Positions 1 to 13,670 of a DNA stretch of 64,000 nt are shown in pieces. The notes under the pieces are model-generated. The model had not been told where the DNA came from. It did no database searches and worked only from the letters and a program-made list of their open reading frames with translations. Numbering within the stretch: the first letter of the stretch is position 1; each line of letters starts with the position of its first letter. The stretch is from Felis catus. Lineage: Eukaryota. Where the stretch lies: positions 194,062,001-194,126,000 of the forward strand of contig NC_058368.1 in assembly GCF_018350175.1 (NCBI RefSeq). Direction: 5' to 3'. A program made the position numbers and the translations under genes.

Positions 1-289
1 TCCTTTATTGGTCAGGATTCTTTTGAATGCTGGAAACAGAAACTTAGTTTCCATGTTATGAAGAAGTAAGAAATGAAAACAATAACAAAAATCTAAAAAA
101 GAACCTTAAATCAAAACTAGAATGAAACAAAAATATTCATTAAATTTTTGAATTTATTTCTCTTGTAATCTCACATGTGAATTTAGGACATAAAACCAAA
201 GATCCTGGTATGGTTTCTCATGAATTCTCTTCCTCTTGTTCTCTTCCTGCCATCCCCCACATCATGCAATCTCACTCCCCACATATATA

Positions 290-412
290 CTATGTGTAAA
301 TTGGAGATCCTCTTTTATAGGAGTCTTGTAAAGATTAAGTGAGATCATGCATGTAAATGTAAAGTACCTAGTGTAGCGCCTGGCACATACTCAGAATCCA
401 ATTAACATTGGT
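290..412 (+). mobile_element. MIR SINE fragment (3' half)
   Basis: Degenerate MIR core/tail: gtaaagattaagtgagatcatgcatgtaaa...gcgcctggcacatac; boundaries approximate. Confidence 0.65.
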
Positions 413-1639
413 TTTTACTACAGACGCTGTTGTTTCTGTTTCCACGATACAATTGGTACAAACTATAGTTTTTTGTTCTCATTCCTTTGTCATTTTCTTC
501 CTTGAGAATTGCAGAGACTTTATACCCTGTAATTTTTCGTTCAGTTGTACTTGTCAACCAAGACTTAGCTAAAGATAGCTCTCTAAACTTAGGCTTCTTA
601 AAAGGGAAAAAGGAGGAAGATGTTTGAGCCTTTCTTTAATCTGAGCTAGCTTGGTACTGTATTTTGAGTTTTCAGCACAGGGTCAAGAATAAGGATGATG
701 TGGTTCCTCCTTTCTTTCCCAGGAAGCAGCCATGTGGATTTCAAAGCAAGTGATGTAATAACATGGAGAATGTGGTAGACTCTGAAGCCCTGATCCTAGC
801 ATTATCCGCTTCATGCCCTGCGTGATCTTAGGAAATTTACTTTCCCTTCTCTGTGCCAAATTCTGTCTGTGTGTAAAATTAGGTCACTCAAAGAGATTTG
901 GATTTCCTCAAGTTTTAGAAGTATGTTGTTCTGTATTTATTTAAACCCTTTCCTTGATACAGTTCATATAATCAGCTGGGTGACTTTTATGGTCCATATT
1001 TCTCGTACCCAATGTATTGGCATTTTTTCTCTTCAAGTGATGCAGTCTATGGAGCCCATAGGCTTTCATTTTTTCCTCTTGGCTGTCAATAAGTCTAGAG
1101 TTAATTCTCATAAAAAATGATAGCCCTCGTTAGTCCTAGTTTTCTTGTAAAATAATACCCTTTTCCATATTGTAATTATATATAGATTTTTTTCTTCAGA
1201 CATTGCCCTCAATATCAAGTAATATCAATCTTGTTTTAAGCCACCCTAATCTTGTTATTGTTGTTAATATGAGACTCTTTATAGGTTATAAGTATTATTT
1301 TTGTGTCTCAATGGTGTCATAACCATTTGGGAGAAAATAATCGCTTTCCTGTATATTTTGTTAGAAAAAAGGGAGTAATAGATATAAAATTTAAAGGAAT
1401 ACCATAATTTTCAGATAGAGCTTTCAGTTATTAGCATCAAGTGAGTGAAACATAATTCTAAGAGAGTAATAATTAGTAAATAAATATCTGGCACTGAGAT
1501 AAAAACATTTTTTAAAATCCAGTATTTCAGTCTTACCCAAAGATTCTGGGTTTGATGCTATTTCACCTGAGTGGTAATTAACATGCTCAGGATGATCAGT
1601 TGTTTCACTGTACCAAATAGATGGCAGGACTCTATTATT

Positions 1640-2530
1640 ACAGCTCTCTTAGCAACAGGGATATGTAATTTGCCAAGTGGTATGGTGAGGTTCTAAATGA
1701 CTTTTCAAACGTTCTCATGAGTTCTAGGATGAACAAGTGGAGTAATATAAGAGAGGCCAATGCTTGCTGAAATGAGAAAGTACATGAAGATTATTTTCTC
1801 AGCCTGATTTTATTGATCAACTCTGTTAGTGATTTGGGCAGGACAAACTGACCACATTTTCACATGACACTAAACACATTGCAAAAACTGATAAGAGTAC
1901 ATGCATTGGAATAATACAGAGCTGGTCTGGAATCCCAGCTCCTCTATTCACTGTCCACATGATCATCTACTGACAGAATTCAGACCAAAGCTTGAAAGCA
2001 ACAAAGATTGGCTTCATCTTATGGCAAGAAGGAATTTTCTAGCAAAAAAATATTAAATGTCTTCCATTATATTCATGATGTCTAGAACTAAGTAGAAAAT
2101 TGTGAAGACCAAGAGCTGTGTATTTAAATCCGCTTGTAAAACTCTAATTTGAATTTCAATGTTATTTGCTTTTGTGATAATGGTAGTATCCCACCATCGA
2201 TTAACGGTGATGATGGCTATGATGATCCTACTCTACTCAATGCTTATCAGATCACATCTCATAAACTACTTCTAGGGAGTTTGAGAAGAATATTGTTGAA
2301 TTTTAATGGATAGGGATACATGAGAGCAGTCAGGGGAGACATTTGGAAGCCACATCTTACAAAAACAGAATAAAGGACATGGGGATATTTAATCAGAAAA
2401 GAACACTTTGGTCTTGGGAACATATCTTTAGTGTCAAGCATATGAGCATAAAATTATTTATGAAGGTCCAGCCGGTAGAATCTGAACCAGTAGTTTGAAC
2501 CTCCAGAGAAACTGACTTCGGCTCAATCAA
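1640..2530 (+). mobile_element. CR1/L3 LINE remnants (patchy, with a MIR piece near 1900-1960)
   Basis: CR1-like 3' end agaatctgaaccagtagtttgaacctccagagaaactgacttcggctcaat near 2477-2527 and RT-like stretch near 1740-1850; highly diverged. Confidence 0.45.
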
Positions 2531-2539
2531 AGAAACAAC

Positions 2540-2790
2540 AGAGAAAGGACTTTGATATTAGATTGGCCTGGGTTTGAGCCCTCCCCCCACCCCCAGCTTG
2601 ACCGTTAACTGTGTTATCATGTTCATATTACTTTACTGTCCTGAGCCTCAGTGATCTCACTTGTGAAATGGGATAATGTTAGACTCTACATTATAGGACA
2701 CTTACATAGAATAAAATAAGATAATACATGCAGATGAACAACAAAATGTTTGACATGTAGTACATACTCAGTAATTGCTAGCTGTGGTTG
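2540..2790 (+). mobile_element. MIR SINE
   Basis: cctgggtttgagccc...ctgagcctcagtgatctcacttgtgaaatgggataat...tgacatgtagtacatactcagtaattgctagct. Confidence 0.8.
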
Positions 2791-4439
2791 CTGTTTTTGT
2801 TAATACTGTTAGGTCTAGAATATAATGAATGTAGGGCTGCTTCAAGGGGAAAGAACCAGGCAGTTGTCACTGGATATTATTTAAAATGGGGCGGGGGGGG
2901 GGGTGCTGTGGAAACAAAGGTGGTTTTGGAAGGTGTTTGAAATGGGGTTGGGGTGTTAATGAGTCTATAATTCTAGAAGTGCCTTTCTGGCATTGCCCTC
3001 TAGGTGCCTCTGGTATTTTTCCACTAGTACCATTTCTTTCCTGGCCTCTTCTATGCCTAGGCCCCTATCTCTATGATCTACTTAGGCATCTGCTGGATCA
3101 GATTTAGCAGTCTTCCCACCATGTAATTATCTACAAATGCTTGAACATTTACATGCTTAAATTTTCATAACTACTTCATGCTGTAACACCAACAGCTAAT
3201 CATAGAGCCTTTGATTGTAATCTCTTCAGAGTATGGACTCTGCCTCTTTTGTTTACAACTGATTGGCTAGAGCTTATAATAGTAGCAGATACTGAATACG
3301 TGATGGATGGGTGCATGGATGTGTGGATAAAAAAGCAAACTGATAGAATTTCATATGTGGAAATATATATGTTAGTAGTCATCATATTTAATATTCCATT
3401 CAGTGCCTAAATATTTATCTTTAATACTTCTTCCAAGTGGCTGTTGAACATTGCTTGAGAACCTCTGTAATAGGGGATTCATCACCTCTTCAGGCATGCC
3501 ATTTTCTCTTTGGACAAGTCTATTAGCATAGCCTGGCAAAGCTTCACCATACGTTGAACTATACTGTATCACTGAGCTAATGAATTAATGTCTTGCCCCT
3601 TTCAGCAGTATTAGTTTTAACAGAAGACTCATGGAAGCTTTTTCTTTAAAAGAATTTATATTTTAAGGGCAGAATTTCAAGCACTAGGGTTGGCAGAGAG
3701 AAAATATGCTAATTTCTTGCTTCATAAATACAGGATCCTATTGTTATGTGGTTGTGGGGGATACAGGATGACAGATGTTTGCAGGATTTCCATGTTACAA
3801 TAAGAAATAGATTTCACACATCAGTAGGTATGTGGGAGATGAGATATAAACTATGATAGAACTAAATACATAGTAGTCATGCCTCATGAATATAAAAAAT
3901 GGTTGTACAAAATTACATTTCTTTTAGTTTTAAGGAATGCTATAGAAGTGAACTGTATTTTTTTTTTAACTCAACAGCTTTGTTAAGTTAAACTTAGAAA
4001 ACTATGAGAGTCAATTTATTTGAATCAAACATTAAAAAGGGTATTATTCTAAGCAGCAATTAAGACTTAAATGTCATCATTTGATTTCTCCCTGGAAAAC
4101 ATTTGTTTGCCATACTATGACTGAGCCGTTAAATTGGCCACATCTGTAGATAAACCAAAGACAATGCTATATCAAACCTCATTTTCAGAAGGCACATCTG
4201 CTTCTTGAGGAAAAAAAAAATAAAAGACAACCTTAGAAGTAAAAGTATCACAATAAATATGTGTGTGGGTGATATACTGGTTACTTTGGAAAACAGATTA
4301 ATTTGCATCCCACCTAACAGTGTGTCCCTGTAGTGTCATGATGTCAACTGATGGGGGTGGGGGGGTGGGGGTGGGGAAGACTTCTAAGAAATATCATCTC
4401 AGGCAAAAACCCTAACGTAGATATGTGGACATGTGATCA

Positions 4440-4905
4440 TCCTATTATGACCTGTTTCTTGACTTGGCCACCCTCACTCATAAGGGTGAGCCCTGGTAGC
4501 CTTGTTTATATGATGTGATCCTATCCTCATTGCTGACCATAACTGAATGGACCAGGGTAGATCCCTGACTTTCAGTAGATCAATTGGATTTTCTTATGCC
4601 AGTATTTGGCATTTGGATTGAGATATGTCTCAGTATGGATTGTTCGCTTGAATAGAGACAATGCAAATGTTGAGATTTGAGGAAGCTGTGTTTGTCCAGG
4701 CATTATAGAAGAGAATGGATGAAAGATGGAAGTGGATTATTGCCACAGGTCTTGAATGGCATTCAAGTCTCTGGTTCTAGACTTTTACTTATCCTTGGCT
4801 TCTAAGAAATTGCCCAATATCTCTCTAGTACACTTATATTTCCTCACTTGGTTGAGGTATTTGAAGTCAGTTTCTATAAATTGCAAGCAAAAAATGCCAA
4901 CTTGA
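4440..4905 (+). mobile_element. Ancient ERVL-MaLR solo LTR (MLT1-like)
   Basis: MLT1-like interior and 3' end (tttgaagtcagtttctataaattgcaagcaaaaaatgccaact); no clear TSD. Confidence 0.55.
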
Positions 4906-5657
4906 AAGGTCTAAATGTTGCTGTCATAACCTTGGTTTCTCGGTTGTCAGGGATAATTTTTTTTCAGAAAATCAAATCTAGGAACACTTCTTTAGCACTT
5001 CTTTTGTATTACATGGAGAAGAGAGCCCAGAAAAAACATGTTATAATATTGTTCTCTTCTTGTTCTTTCATCACTGCTTTCTACCTCAATACCACATCCA
5101 TACTAGACTTTTCTAGGGACAGTGAAACTCGGTATATGGAGGTGGTGATGTCTCTTTAAAATAAAAACAATTCTGGAAGGACATTATACTTCCACTGATC
5201 TCATTTCAGCCTTGACGAAAATGGTAATGTTCCTCTTAGTAAATGACCACATCCATTTCTCTTAAGATGGTAGCAGCAATTGCTCTTTTAATTATATGGC
5301 AACTTCTCCTTTGCCTGGGAGGAGTGAGTTGTATTAATTTTATGTTATTAGTAAAATTAATAATTCATTGATTAATTTTCCATTTCTCTTTGAAATGAGA
5401 AAGGAGGCAAGTATGAGATTTCCTGAGCCAGGAAAGCCTGAAGAGGGTTGAATTTATCATAAAGTTTTCTGGCAGGACCACAAGGTTAAAGAAATGAAAA
5501 TGAATCAGTGGGTTAAGGAGAAAGTGTAGACATCATAGAGATTCTCATCATTACTTCATAATGGGACGTTCTTTCATTCGCCACCAGGCTCCACTTGAGC
5601 TGAAGTTATATTTCCACTGCTGAAATTTTGTATGGAAGATATTTGCTTAAATATCCC

Positions 5658-5660
<3 letters not shown>

Positions 5661-5708
<48 letters not shown>
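5661..5708. repeat. (AC)24 microsatellite
   Basis: Perfect AC run. Confidence 0.97.
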
Positions 5709-5710
<2 letters not shown>

Positions 5711-5834
5711 TTATTCATCTCTACTTGCTTTCAGATTAAAATTCCATATATTATTCCAAACATATGAACTTGAAGTGTCTGTTAATTTTAGAAATTAAAA
5801 TCCAGGCCATCAAATTTATTTTCACGGCAGTTAG

Positions 5835-8800
5835 AGGGTTGGTATCTGAAGATGCCTGGGAATTAGAAAACATCCTTATCTTTTAGCAGGCAGTAGAGGA
5901 CAACATGATTAATCTTGAATCTGGAGTTTGTATACTCTGTCCTAACAACAAGTAAAAAGCTGAACAAATTGAAAAATCAGCTCTTAGATACATCAAAGAA
6001 ACTGCCACCCCCAAACTGCTGCACCCAAAATTGGCAAGACAGACAGCTGGATACAGAGAATCACCGCTTAGCAAAGCAGATACTCACAAGCAGAAACTTC
6101 CATGAGATCCAGTGCTGAGGTAGGAAAATATAAACCATATTTGACAAATTGCTGGAGGCTCAGTATGGACAAGTATGAGAGTTAAAACTCCAGAGGGACC
6201 CAGTCATGGGGAAAGTGGTGCTGACACTTTTGAGAACTTTAACTCTAGGAACACTACCCCTTCTTAACAGTGAATATCTGAGAAACATCCTCCCATGATT
6301 TGCTTAGGGGAAGGGTTTAAGTAACCACTTTAAAATACACCAGAACATTATGTTCTTCTTAACAAGGACTGCCCTCAGGAGAAACTATTTTACCAGAGCC
6401 TAACCTACCCAGGGGAAGAGAAATATGTACCTTCAGCTCCTCTCTAGCCTTCCAAATGGGATAAAGGAAATAAACTACTCCAGCCTGTTCTAGTCGTCCT
6501 GCCCCCAATGAACAGGGCACCTAGGAAGCACAGGTGAAATTCACAGCTCAAGGCTACAGGTCACCAAAGGACTGACTTAACCATAGGACTGTAGGGTGCT
6601 TCCCCTTCACCTACACCTTATCACCACACTACTAGGATCCTATTTAGTAGAGTTCCTTTGACCCAGTGCATCATGTCCAGCTATTGACCAAAAAAAAAGG
6701 CATATTAAGAAACAAAAACACAGTTTGAGGAAAGTGAGCAAAGATCAGAATCAGAGACAGACATGACAGAGTGTTGGATTTATCAGACCATAAATATAGG
6801 GCAAATATGATTATTATGTTTAAATATTGATGCATAAAAATACAGCACACAAAAACAAATGGATAATGTAAGCAGAGAGGTAGAAATTCTAAGATAAAAA
6901 AATATGCTAGAGATCAAAATCACTATACTGAGTGCCTTTGGCTTATCAGCATAGAGCACATAGCTGAGGAAATGGTGAGCTTGAGCCTCTGAGCTTGAGG
7001 CTATGTTGATAGAAATTTCCAAAACTTAGATGGAAGGAAAAAAAGACTGAAAAACAAACCCAGAATATCTCATCACTGTGGGACAGTTATAAAAAGTGTA
7101 ACATACTTGTAATGGGTATACCAAAAAGAGAATAAAGAAAGAAACAGAGGCAATATTTGAATCATTATGACTGAGAATTTCCCCTAATTAATGTTGTTGT
7201 CACTATATCACAGATCCAGAAAGTTCAAAGAACACCAAGCAGAATAAATACAAGAACTCAAAATAAACAAGCAACAACAACAGAAATCTACACCTAGGCA
7301 TATTATAGTTATACTTCATGAAATAAGAAATAAGGACAAAACCTTGAAAGAAGCTAAAAACAAAAATTAAGAAAAGCAAAATATTTTACCTTCAGAGGAG
7401 CAAAGGTAAGAATTACATCCAACTTTTTCCTCAGAAACCAAGCAAACAAGAAAAGAATGGAGTCAAATATTTACAGTACCAGGGGAAAAAAATCAACACA
7501 ACTGTAATTCTCTATTCTGTAAAATTATCCTTTAAAATGAAGGATAAAGGCATTTTCATACACATAAAAATTTAGGGAATTGTTGCCAGCAGATCTAACT
7601 TGTAAGAAATGTTAAAAGAAGTTCTTCAGAGAGAAGGAAAATCATATACCTCAGAAATTAGGATCTACATAAAGAAAGAACATTGAAAAATAGGTAAAAA
7701 TAATTTTTTTTAAATTTTTAATTCTCTTATTTGTAACTGATCTACAAAAAGTTTATTCAAAATAATAATATCAAAAGTGTATGCCTTTGCTTATGTATCA
7801 GAGAAATGGATGACAGTAATGATACAAGGGACAGGAGGAAATAACTAGGAATATTTTGTTGTTATAAGGTACTTGCACTGCTTATGTTGTTGTATAGTGT
7901 TAACTGAAAATGGATTTGGATTAGTTGTAAATATATATATTTTAAACTCCAGGACAATCGCTAAAAATGTTTTAAAAAATTGGAAAAGAAATACATCACT
8001 ATCCTAAGAAAGGAGAGAAAATGTAATCATAAAATTCTCAAATAAAACCACAAAAAGCAGAAAGAGTTTGGGAGACAAAAAAATTTAAAAAGAACAAGTT
8101 AATAAAATAGTAATAAACATGGTAGACGTTAATCTAAGTATATCAGTAATTACTTTAAACACCAGTGATCTAACACATCAACTAAAAACCAGATGGTGAA
8201 GTGTATCATGGGACAAGACCCAATAATATGTTGATTATAAGAAACCCATTTTAAATATAAAGACATATCTGAAATAAAACTAAATGGATGCAAAAAACAT
8301 ATACCATGATAACATTAATCAAAATAAAGTTGGAGTATATAAATTTCAACAGAGCAAACTTCAGGGCAAGGAGAGTTATCAGGGATAGAGGGAGGCATTG
8401 CAAAATGACAAAGGGGTCAATACTCCAAGAGGACCTGACAATTCTTAATGTTGTATGCACCTGAACAGATCATCAAAATATGTGAGGCAGAAATTGATAG
8501 AACTGCAAAGGGAAATAGATGTATCCACTATTATCGTTGGAGACTTTAAAACACTTTTATCATAAATGGAACAATCCAACAGACAGAAAATCAGTAAGGT
8601 CATAACTGAACTCAACAGCGCCATCCATCAATTGCATAAAATTGACATCATCCAACGACAGCAGAATATACATTCTTCTCAAACTCACATGGAACATTCA
8701 CCTAGATAGGCCACATTCTGAACCATAAAACACTATCTTTAACAAACATTAAAAATCCTGTATCTGCTCTCAGGCCATAATGGAATTAAACTACAAATCA

Positions 8801-10067
8801 GTGCAGAAAGAAAGCTGGAAAATTCCCCCAATAGTAGATGAAACAATTATTAAATAGTATATAGATCAAATAAGAAATATTAAGAGAAATTATAAAATAT
8901 TTTGAACTAAATTAAAATGAAAATATAACTTATCAAAATTTGTGGGATACTGCAGAAGTAGTGCTTAGAGGGAAATTGATAGCATTGGATGTGTACCTTT
9001 GAAAAAGAGACAGATCTGAGACCAATCATGTAAGTTTTCACCTTAGGAAACCAGAAAGAGAAAATTAAATCCAAAGTAACAGGAAAAAATAAATAATAAA
9101 AAGTGAAGCAGAAATCCATGAAATTGAAAACAGAACATTAATAGAAAAAATCAGCAAAACTAAAAGCTGGTTCTCTGAAAAGATAAATAAATGTATCAGC
9201 CTCTAGCTAAGCTAACTAAGAAAACGAGAAGACATAATTATGATATCATAAGTGAGAGGAGATGTCAGTACTGACCACTGTAGACACCATGGATGATAAA
9301 GGATTAATAAAGTAATATTTTGAAAAACTCTATATCCACAAATTTGCTAATTTAGAGTAAGATTAAATTGACCACTTTTTCAAAAGACACAACCTGCCAA
9401 AACTCAAGCAGGAAGGTATCCAAGATGAATAGGCCTATGTATATTATAGAACTTGAATCAGTAATTGATAACCTTCCAAAGCAGAAAGCAGTAGGCCCAA
9501 AAGGGTACACTGATAAATTCTACCAAGCATTTGAGGAAGAAATTATACCAGTTCTCTACAATCACTTAGAGAAGATAGATACATAGTAAATATTTTCTGA
9601 TTCATTTTATAAAGCCAGAATTACCCTAATATCAATAAAGACATTTACAAAAAAAACCCAAAATACAAACCAATATCTCTCATGAAGAAAAAGAATTGTA
9701 TAGCATGATCAACTGGGATTTATCCCACATATACAAGTCTGGTTCAGCGTTTGAAAATCAATTAATATATTCTCCCACACTGATAGGCTAAAGAAGAAAA
9801 ATCAAATTTGTAATATCAATACATGCATAAAAATCATTTGAATAAATCTAAGAGCCATTCATGATTTAAAAAAAACTGTGAATTAGGAATGAGGGGAACT
9901 TCTTCAACTTGATAAAGAATATCTATAAAAATACTACAGTTGGGGTGCCTGGGTAGCTCATTTGGTTTAGCATCTGACTCTTGATCTTCACTGAAGTCAT
10001 GATCTTGCAGTTCATGAGTTCAAGCCCCACATCAGGCTCTGTGCTGAGCATGGAGATGGCTTGGGAT

Positions 10068-10103
<36 letters not shown>

Positions 10104-10585
10104 CCCCCTCTCTCTGTCCCCTCTCTCACAAAATAAATAAATAGAACTTAAAAAAAATTTTAAAGCCCACAGTTAACACCATACTTAATGGTGAGAAATC
10201 TCTTACCACTGCTTTCAACATTGTACTGGAAGTACTAGCTAAACCAATAAGACAAGAAAAGGAAATGTATACAGTTCAGGAAGGAAGATGTAAAACTGTC
10301 TTTGCAGATGACATGATTATTATTTAGGTAGAATATCTGAAAGAATTGACATGAAAAAGGATTGTACAGCATCAAGAGTGAATCCTAATATAAACTACAT
10401 ACTTTGGGTCATAATGATGTGTCAGTGTAGGTTCATTTAATGTACAATTGTACCACTATGATGGATGTTGATAGTAGGTCATGCATGTGTGAGTAGAGGT
10501 CATATATGGGAACTATCTGTACTTTCTGCTCAACTTTAAAATTTTGCTATGATTCTACAACTGCTATAAAAAATAGTTTTTTAAG
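5835..10585 (+). mobile_element. Ancient degenerate LINE-1 (L1M/L1MC-like): 5' region, ORF1 remnant, long inter-ORF, 5' half of ORF2, deletion to 3' end
   Basis: ORF1-like DNA near 6700-7640; endonuclease-like DNA near 8100-8800; peptide 9368-9586 (NRPMYIIELESVIDNLPKQKAVGPKGYTDKFYQAF) matches ORF2p [24 protein letters not shown] in the young L1 of this window; L1MC-type 3' UTR 10360-10585; many stops. Confidence 0.85.
9942..10157 (+). mobile_element. CanSINE (SINEC) nested in L1
   Basis: Head ggggtgcctgggtagctca, (CT)n tract, aataaa/A tail; degenerate TSD ending acagtt. Confidence 0.93.
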
Positions 10586-10674
10586 TTGAACCACAACCAG
10601 CAGTAAAAATCAAAGTAGAAGCTTATTTTTTTACAGTTTTGATATATTTTAAAAGCAATGCTTTCATCCTCTTC

Positions 10675-10790
10675 CTTGTTGGGATGAGCACTGGGTGTTG
10701 TATGTAAGTGATGAATCATAAGAATCTACTCCTGAAGCCAAGACTACACTGTATGTTAGTTAACTTGACAATAAATTTTTTAAAAAATAA
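10675..10790 (+). mobile_element. 5'-truncated carnivore L1 3' tail
   Basis: gggatgagcactgggtgttgtatgtaag...gacaataaa plus A tail; TSD taaaagcaatg(c/t)ttt at 10650 and 10791. Confidence 0.9.
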
Positions 10791-10979
10791 TAAAAGCAAT
10801 GTTTTTATTAATATGCAAATAAAACCACTTACATTTTTCAGCTTAATATTACATTATAGTGACTTCATGTAAGCAAGAGCAAAGTGTCTCTTTCCCAAAT
10901 CTTCCACCATTCTTCACATTGAAGTCTTCTCAACTATTTCCAGAAGTCTTTGTCAAATCTCAAGGGAAGCTGTAAGTTA

Positions 10980-11195
10980 CAGTGGTTAAGAAAATGGCTT
11001 TAGAGTTCCAGTTCTTCTATTCACCATGTGACCTTGGAAAGTAATGAAACCTTTGAAAATTCTTATATTCTCTTCAGTACAATGAGAGAAATCACAGTAC
11101 TTACCTCGTAGGGTTGCTATAAACATTCCAGGAGATGATGTACGCAAATGCTTATGCAGTGCTTGGCACATGTGAGTGTTCAATCTATGATAACT
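10980..11195 (+). mobile_element. MIR SINE
   Basis: agtggttaagaaaatggctttagag...tgtgaccttggaaagt...gtacttacctcgtagggttgct...gcttggcacatg. Confidence 0.85.
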
Positions 11196-11389
11196 CTTAT
11201 CCTAAATCCTGCATTTTCTCAGTGGCCTCTTATGTTAAACTGTTTCCTCCTGTCCTGCTCAGAATATGTACTCCAAAATCAGATTACTAAGCCTTGTTGC
11301 TACAGGCAAAGTTTGAACTGATAGTTCCCCAAATTCATGGAGTAGTTACTCACCAGCAAATACTGTTCCCAATCTCTCTTGAGTAAGAC

Positions 11390-12900
11390 TTATTCTCACT
11401 ACTCCACCACAATCATCTTTTTAATGTCACAAATAATTTCTTCTTCACATTACTAAATCCATTGTTAATCCTCATCTTATGTGAGCTATCAGTAGTGTTC
11501 AAGAGAGTTGATCATATTCTCCACTTTGTTTACCTTTTTAATATGTAGTTTACAGGGCCTGAGGCTTGAATTTCCTTCAATCTCACCAGTTTCATTTGTC
11601 TACTTGGCAGTTACCTTTGCTTGCTTATTTCTCCTCTCTGATCACTGAATCCTAGGTTCAGTTCTTGGTGCCTTATTTCAATATCATATGCTCTAGACTT
11701 CAGTTGTTGATCTCCTTTTCTATTCAATATCATGATGCTCTAGGGTTTAGTTTTGGCCTCTTTCTCTATTCACACCCATGTGTTTCAGAGATCATAACTA
11801 GTTCCATAGTTCTAATACCTTCTATATGCTGATGATCCCCCAATTTTTACTTCCAATACAAACTTCTCAATTAAACTACAGATTCTTATATCCATCTGCC
11901 CCTTGACATTCTGATATGGATATATAGACATCTCAAAATCACCATGTCCAAAACTAAATTCCTGATCTTCCCCAAAACTCTTCCTATCTTTGCTATTTTA
12001 GCTGATAGCAGTACATTCTGCCAGGTTTTCAGAGCAAAAATCTTGGAGTCATCTTTTTTGTTGTTTGTTTTCTTTCTCTTTTTCCTGTGGTCTATAATTC
12101 ATACATTAGAAAATCTTCTATCTTTAAAGTCAGACCAATTTACCAAAAATCACACCAATTCTTACTGTCTCCAATGATAGTGCCCTGGTGTGAGCCACTT
12201 GGCTGTGTGCAAAGCCTTCTGACTAGTCTGTTTTGGTGTCTGAGCTACTTACAATCCACTTGATGCAGTAGCCAGAGTGGTTCTTTTAAATTATAATGCA
12301 GGCTATGTTTCTCCTCTGCTCAAAACCCTCCAGTGCTGCTAGTTCCCATCTCATTTAGAATAAAAGACAAAGTTCCTATAACGGATTATAAGTCACTGTA
12401 AGATTTCCTCTACCTTTTCTTCTACTGTCATTCCTTTCCACACCTGTTCCTTCTGCTTCGGCCTCCCTGGCCTTCTGGCCATCTTTGAACATTACAGTTA
12501 TCCTTTTGCCTAAGGCACTTCACTGGCTGTTCTCCATCCCTATAACACCCCCTAAATATCAGCATGATTACATTTCTTATTTTCTTTAATACATATCATA
12601 ATTTCTACAAAAATGATACCTCCCTGTTTATTTACTAATATACAGTGTCCTATCCATATATATCCCTTATTATCTCTCTGTCTTTTTTTATGGATAGAAC
12701 TTACCAGTTTCTCATATACTGTGTACTGATTTATCACATTTATTACTCTCCACTCCTCCCCCATATATGTACATACACTGGGAAACAAGTGTAATGAAGA
12801 CAGGGAGTTTTGTCTTTTCATTGAATTAAACCAAGTACCAATGAACAGTGCTTGGCAAATGCTGCTGAAAAAAAAATTTGCTCACTAAGTAAGTGAACCA
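11390..12900 (+). mobile_element. L2 LINE, RT 3' part and 3' end
   Basis: tatgctgatgat (YADD) near 11826, atgtccaaaactaaattcctgatcttccc, ctgctcaaaaccctccagtg, L2 terminus acagtgcttggca. Confidence 0.85.
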
Positions 12901-12991
12901 TCAACAACCTTCCAATAAATTAAACTAGGTACCATTGTGAATCCTAAAGAGTCACCTTTTTATATCGTCTATATGTATTCACTTAACAAAC

Positions 12992-13195
12992 TTTTTTTTT
13001 TTAATGTTTATTTATTTTGAGACGGAGACTTGAGCATGGGAGGGGCGGAGGCAGAGGGAGACACAGAGTCTGAACCAGGCTCCAGGCTTTGTGTGGTTAG
13101 CACAGAGCCCGACGTGGGGCTCGAACTCACGAACTGTGAGATCATGACCTGAGCCGAAGTCGGACGCTTAGCCAACTGAGCCACCCAGGTGCCTC
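12992..13195 (-). mobile_element. CanSINE (felid type)
   Basis: Full-length; exact TSD attcacttaacaaac at 12977-12991 and 13196-13210. Confidence 0.96.
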
Positions 13196-13199
13196 ATTC

Positions 13200-13670
13200 A
13201 CTTAACAAACTTTTGATGAGCACTCAATGCTAACGAAAGAGATTTTGTATTTAGCATTTATATACCAGACACCAAGAATCCAATCATCTTGTGGTGAATG
13301 CATCAGACCTGTTCTCCAAGAGCTCAATATCTGGTAGGAGGAGACTGAGGGATAAACAGGCACTTGTGTCACAGTGGGAGGTGCCATGAAAGGGGGTGCT
13401 CAGGAGAAGCACTTCATCTGAACAAGAAGACAGGTAAATTCAGGGAATGCTTTCTGAAGGGGGGGGGGGGGAGAGTGAGAGGAAGGAATTCAAGTGTAGT
13501 AAGGAGATCCGTGAACATTTGACAATAAGGACATGTAAGAATTTCAGTATTTAGAGCCTAGAGTTTAAACTGCAGAGGAGTGAGGCTAAGGCTACAGGAG
13601 GCACACAGGATCAGGATCAGGATCAGGAGAACCTTGAAAGAAACACTAAGGAGTTTGAACATTGATATCT
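13200..13670 (-). mobile_element. L2 3' fragment
   Basis: cattcacttaacaaacttttgatgagcac start, ctccaagagctcaatatctggtagg, aaggagtttgaac. Confidence 0.6.
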
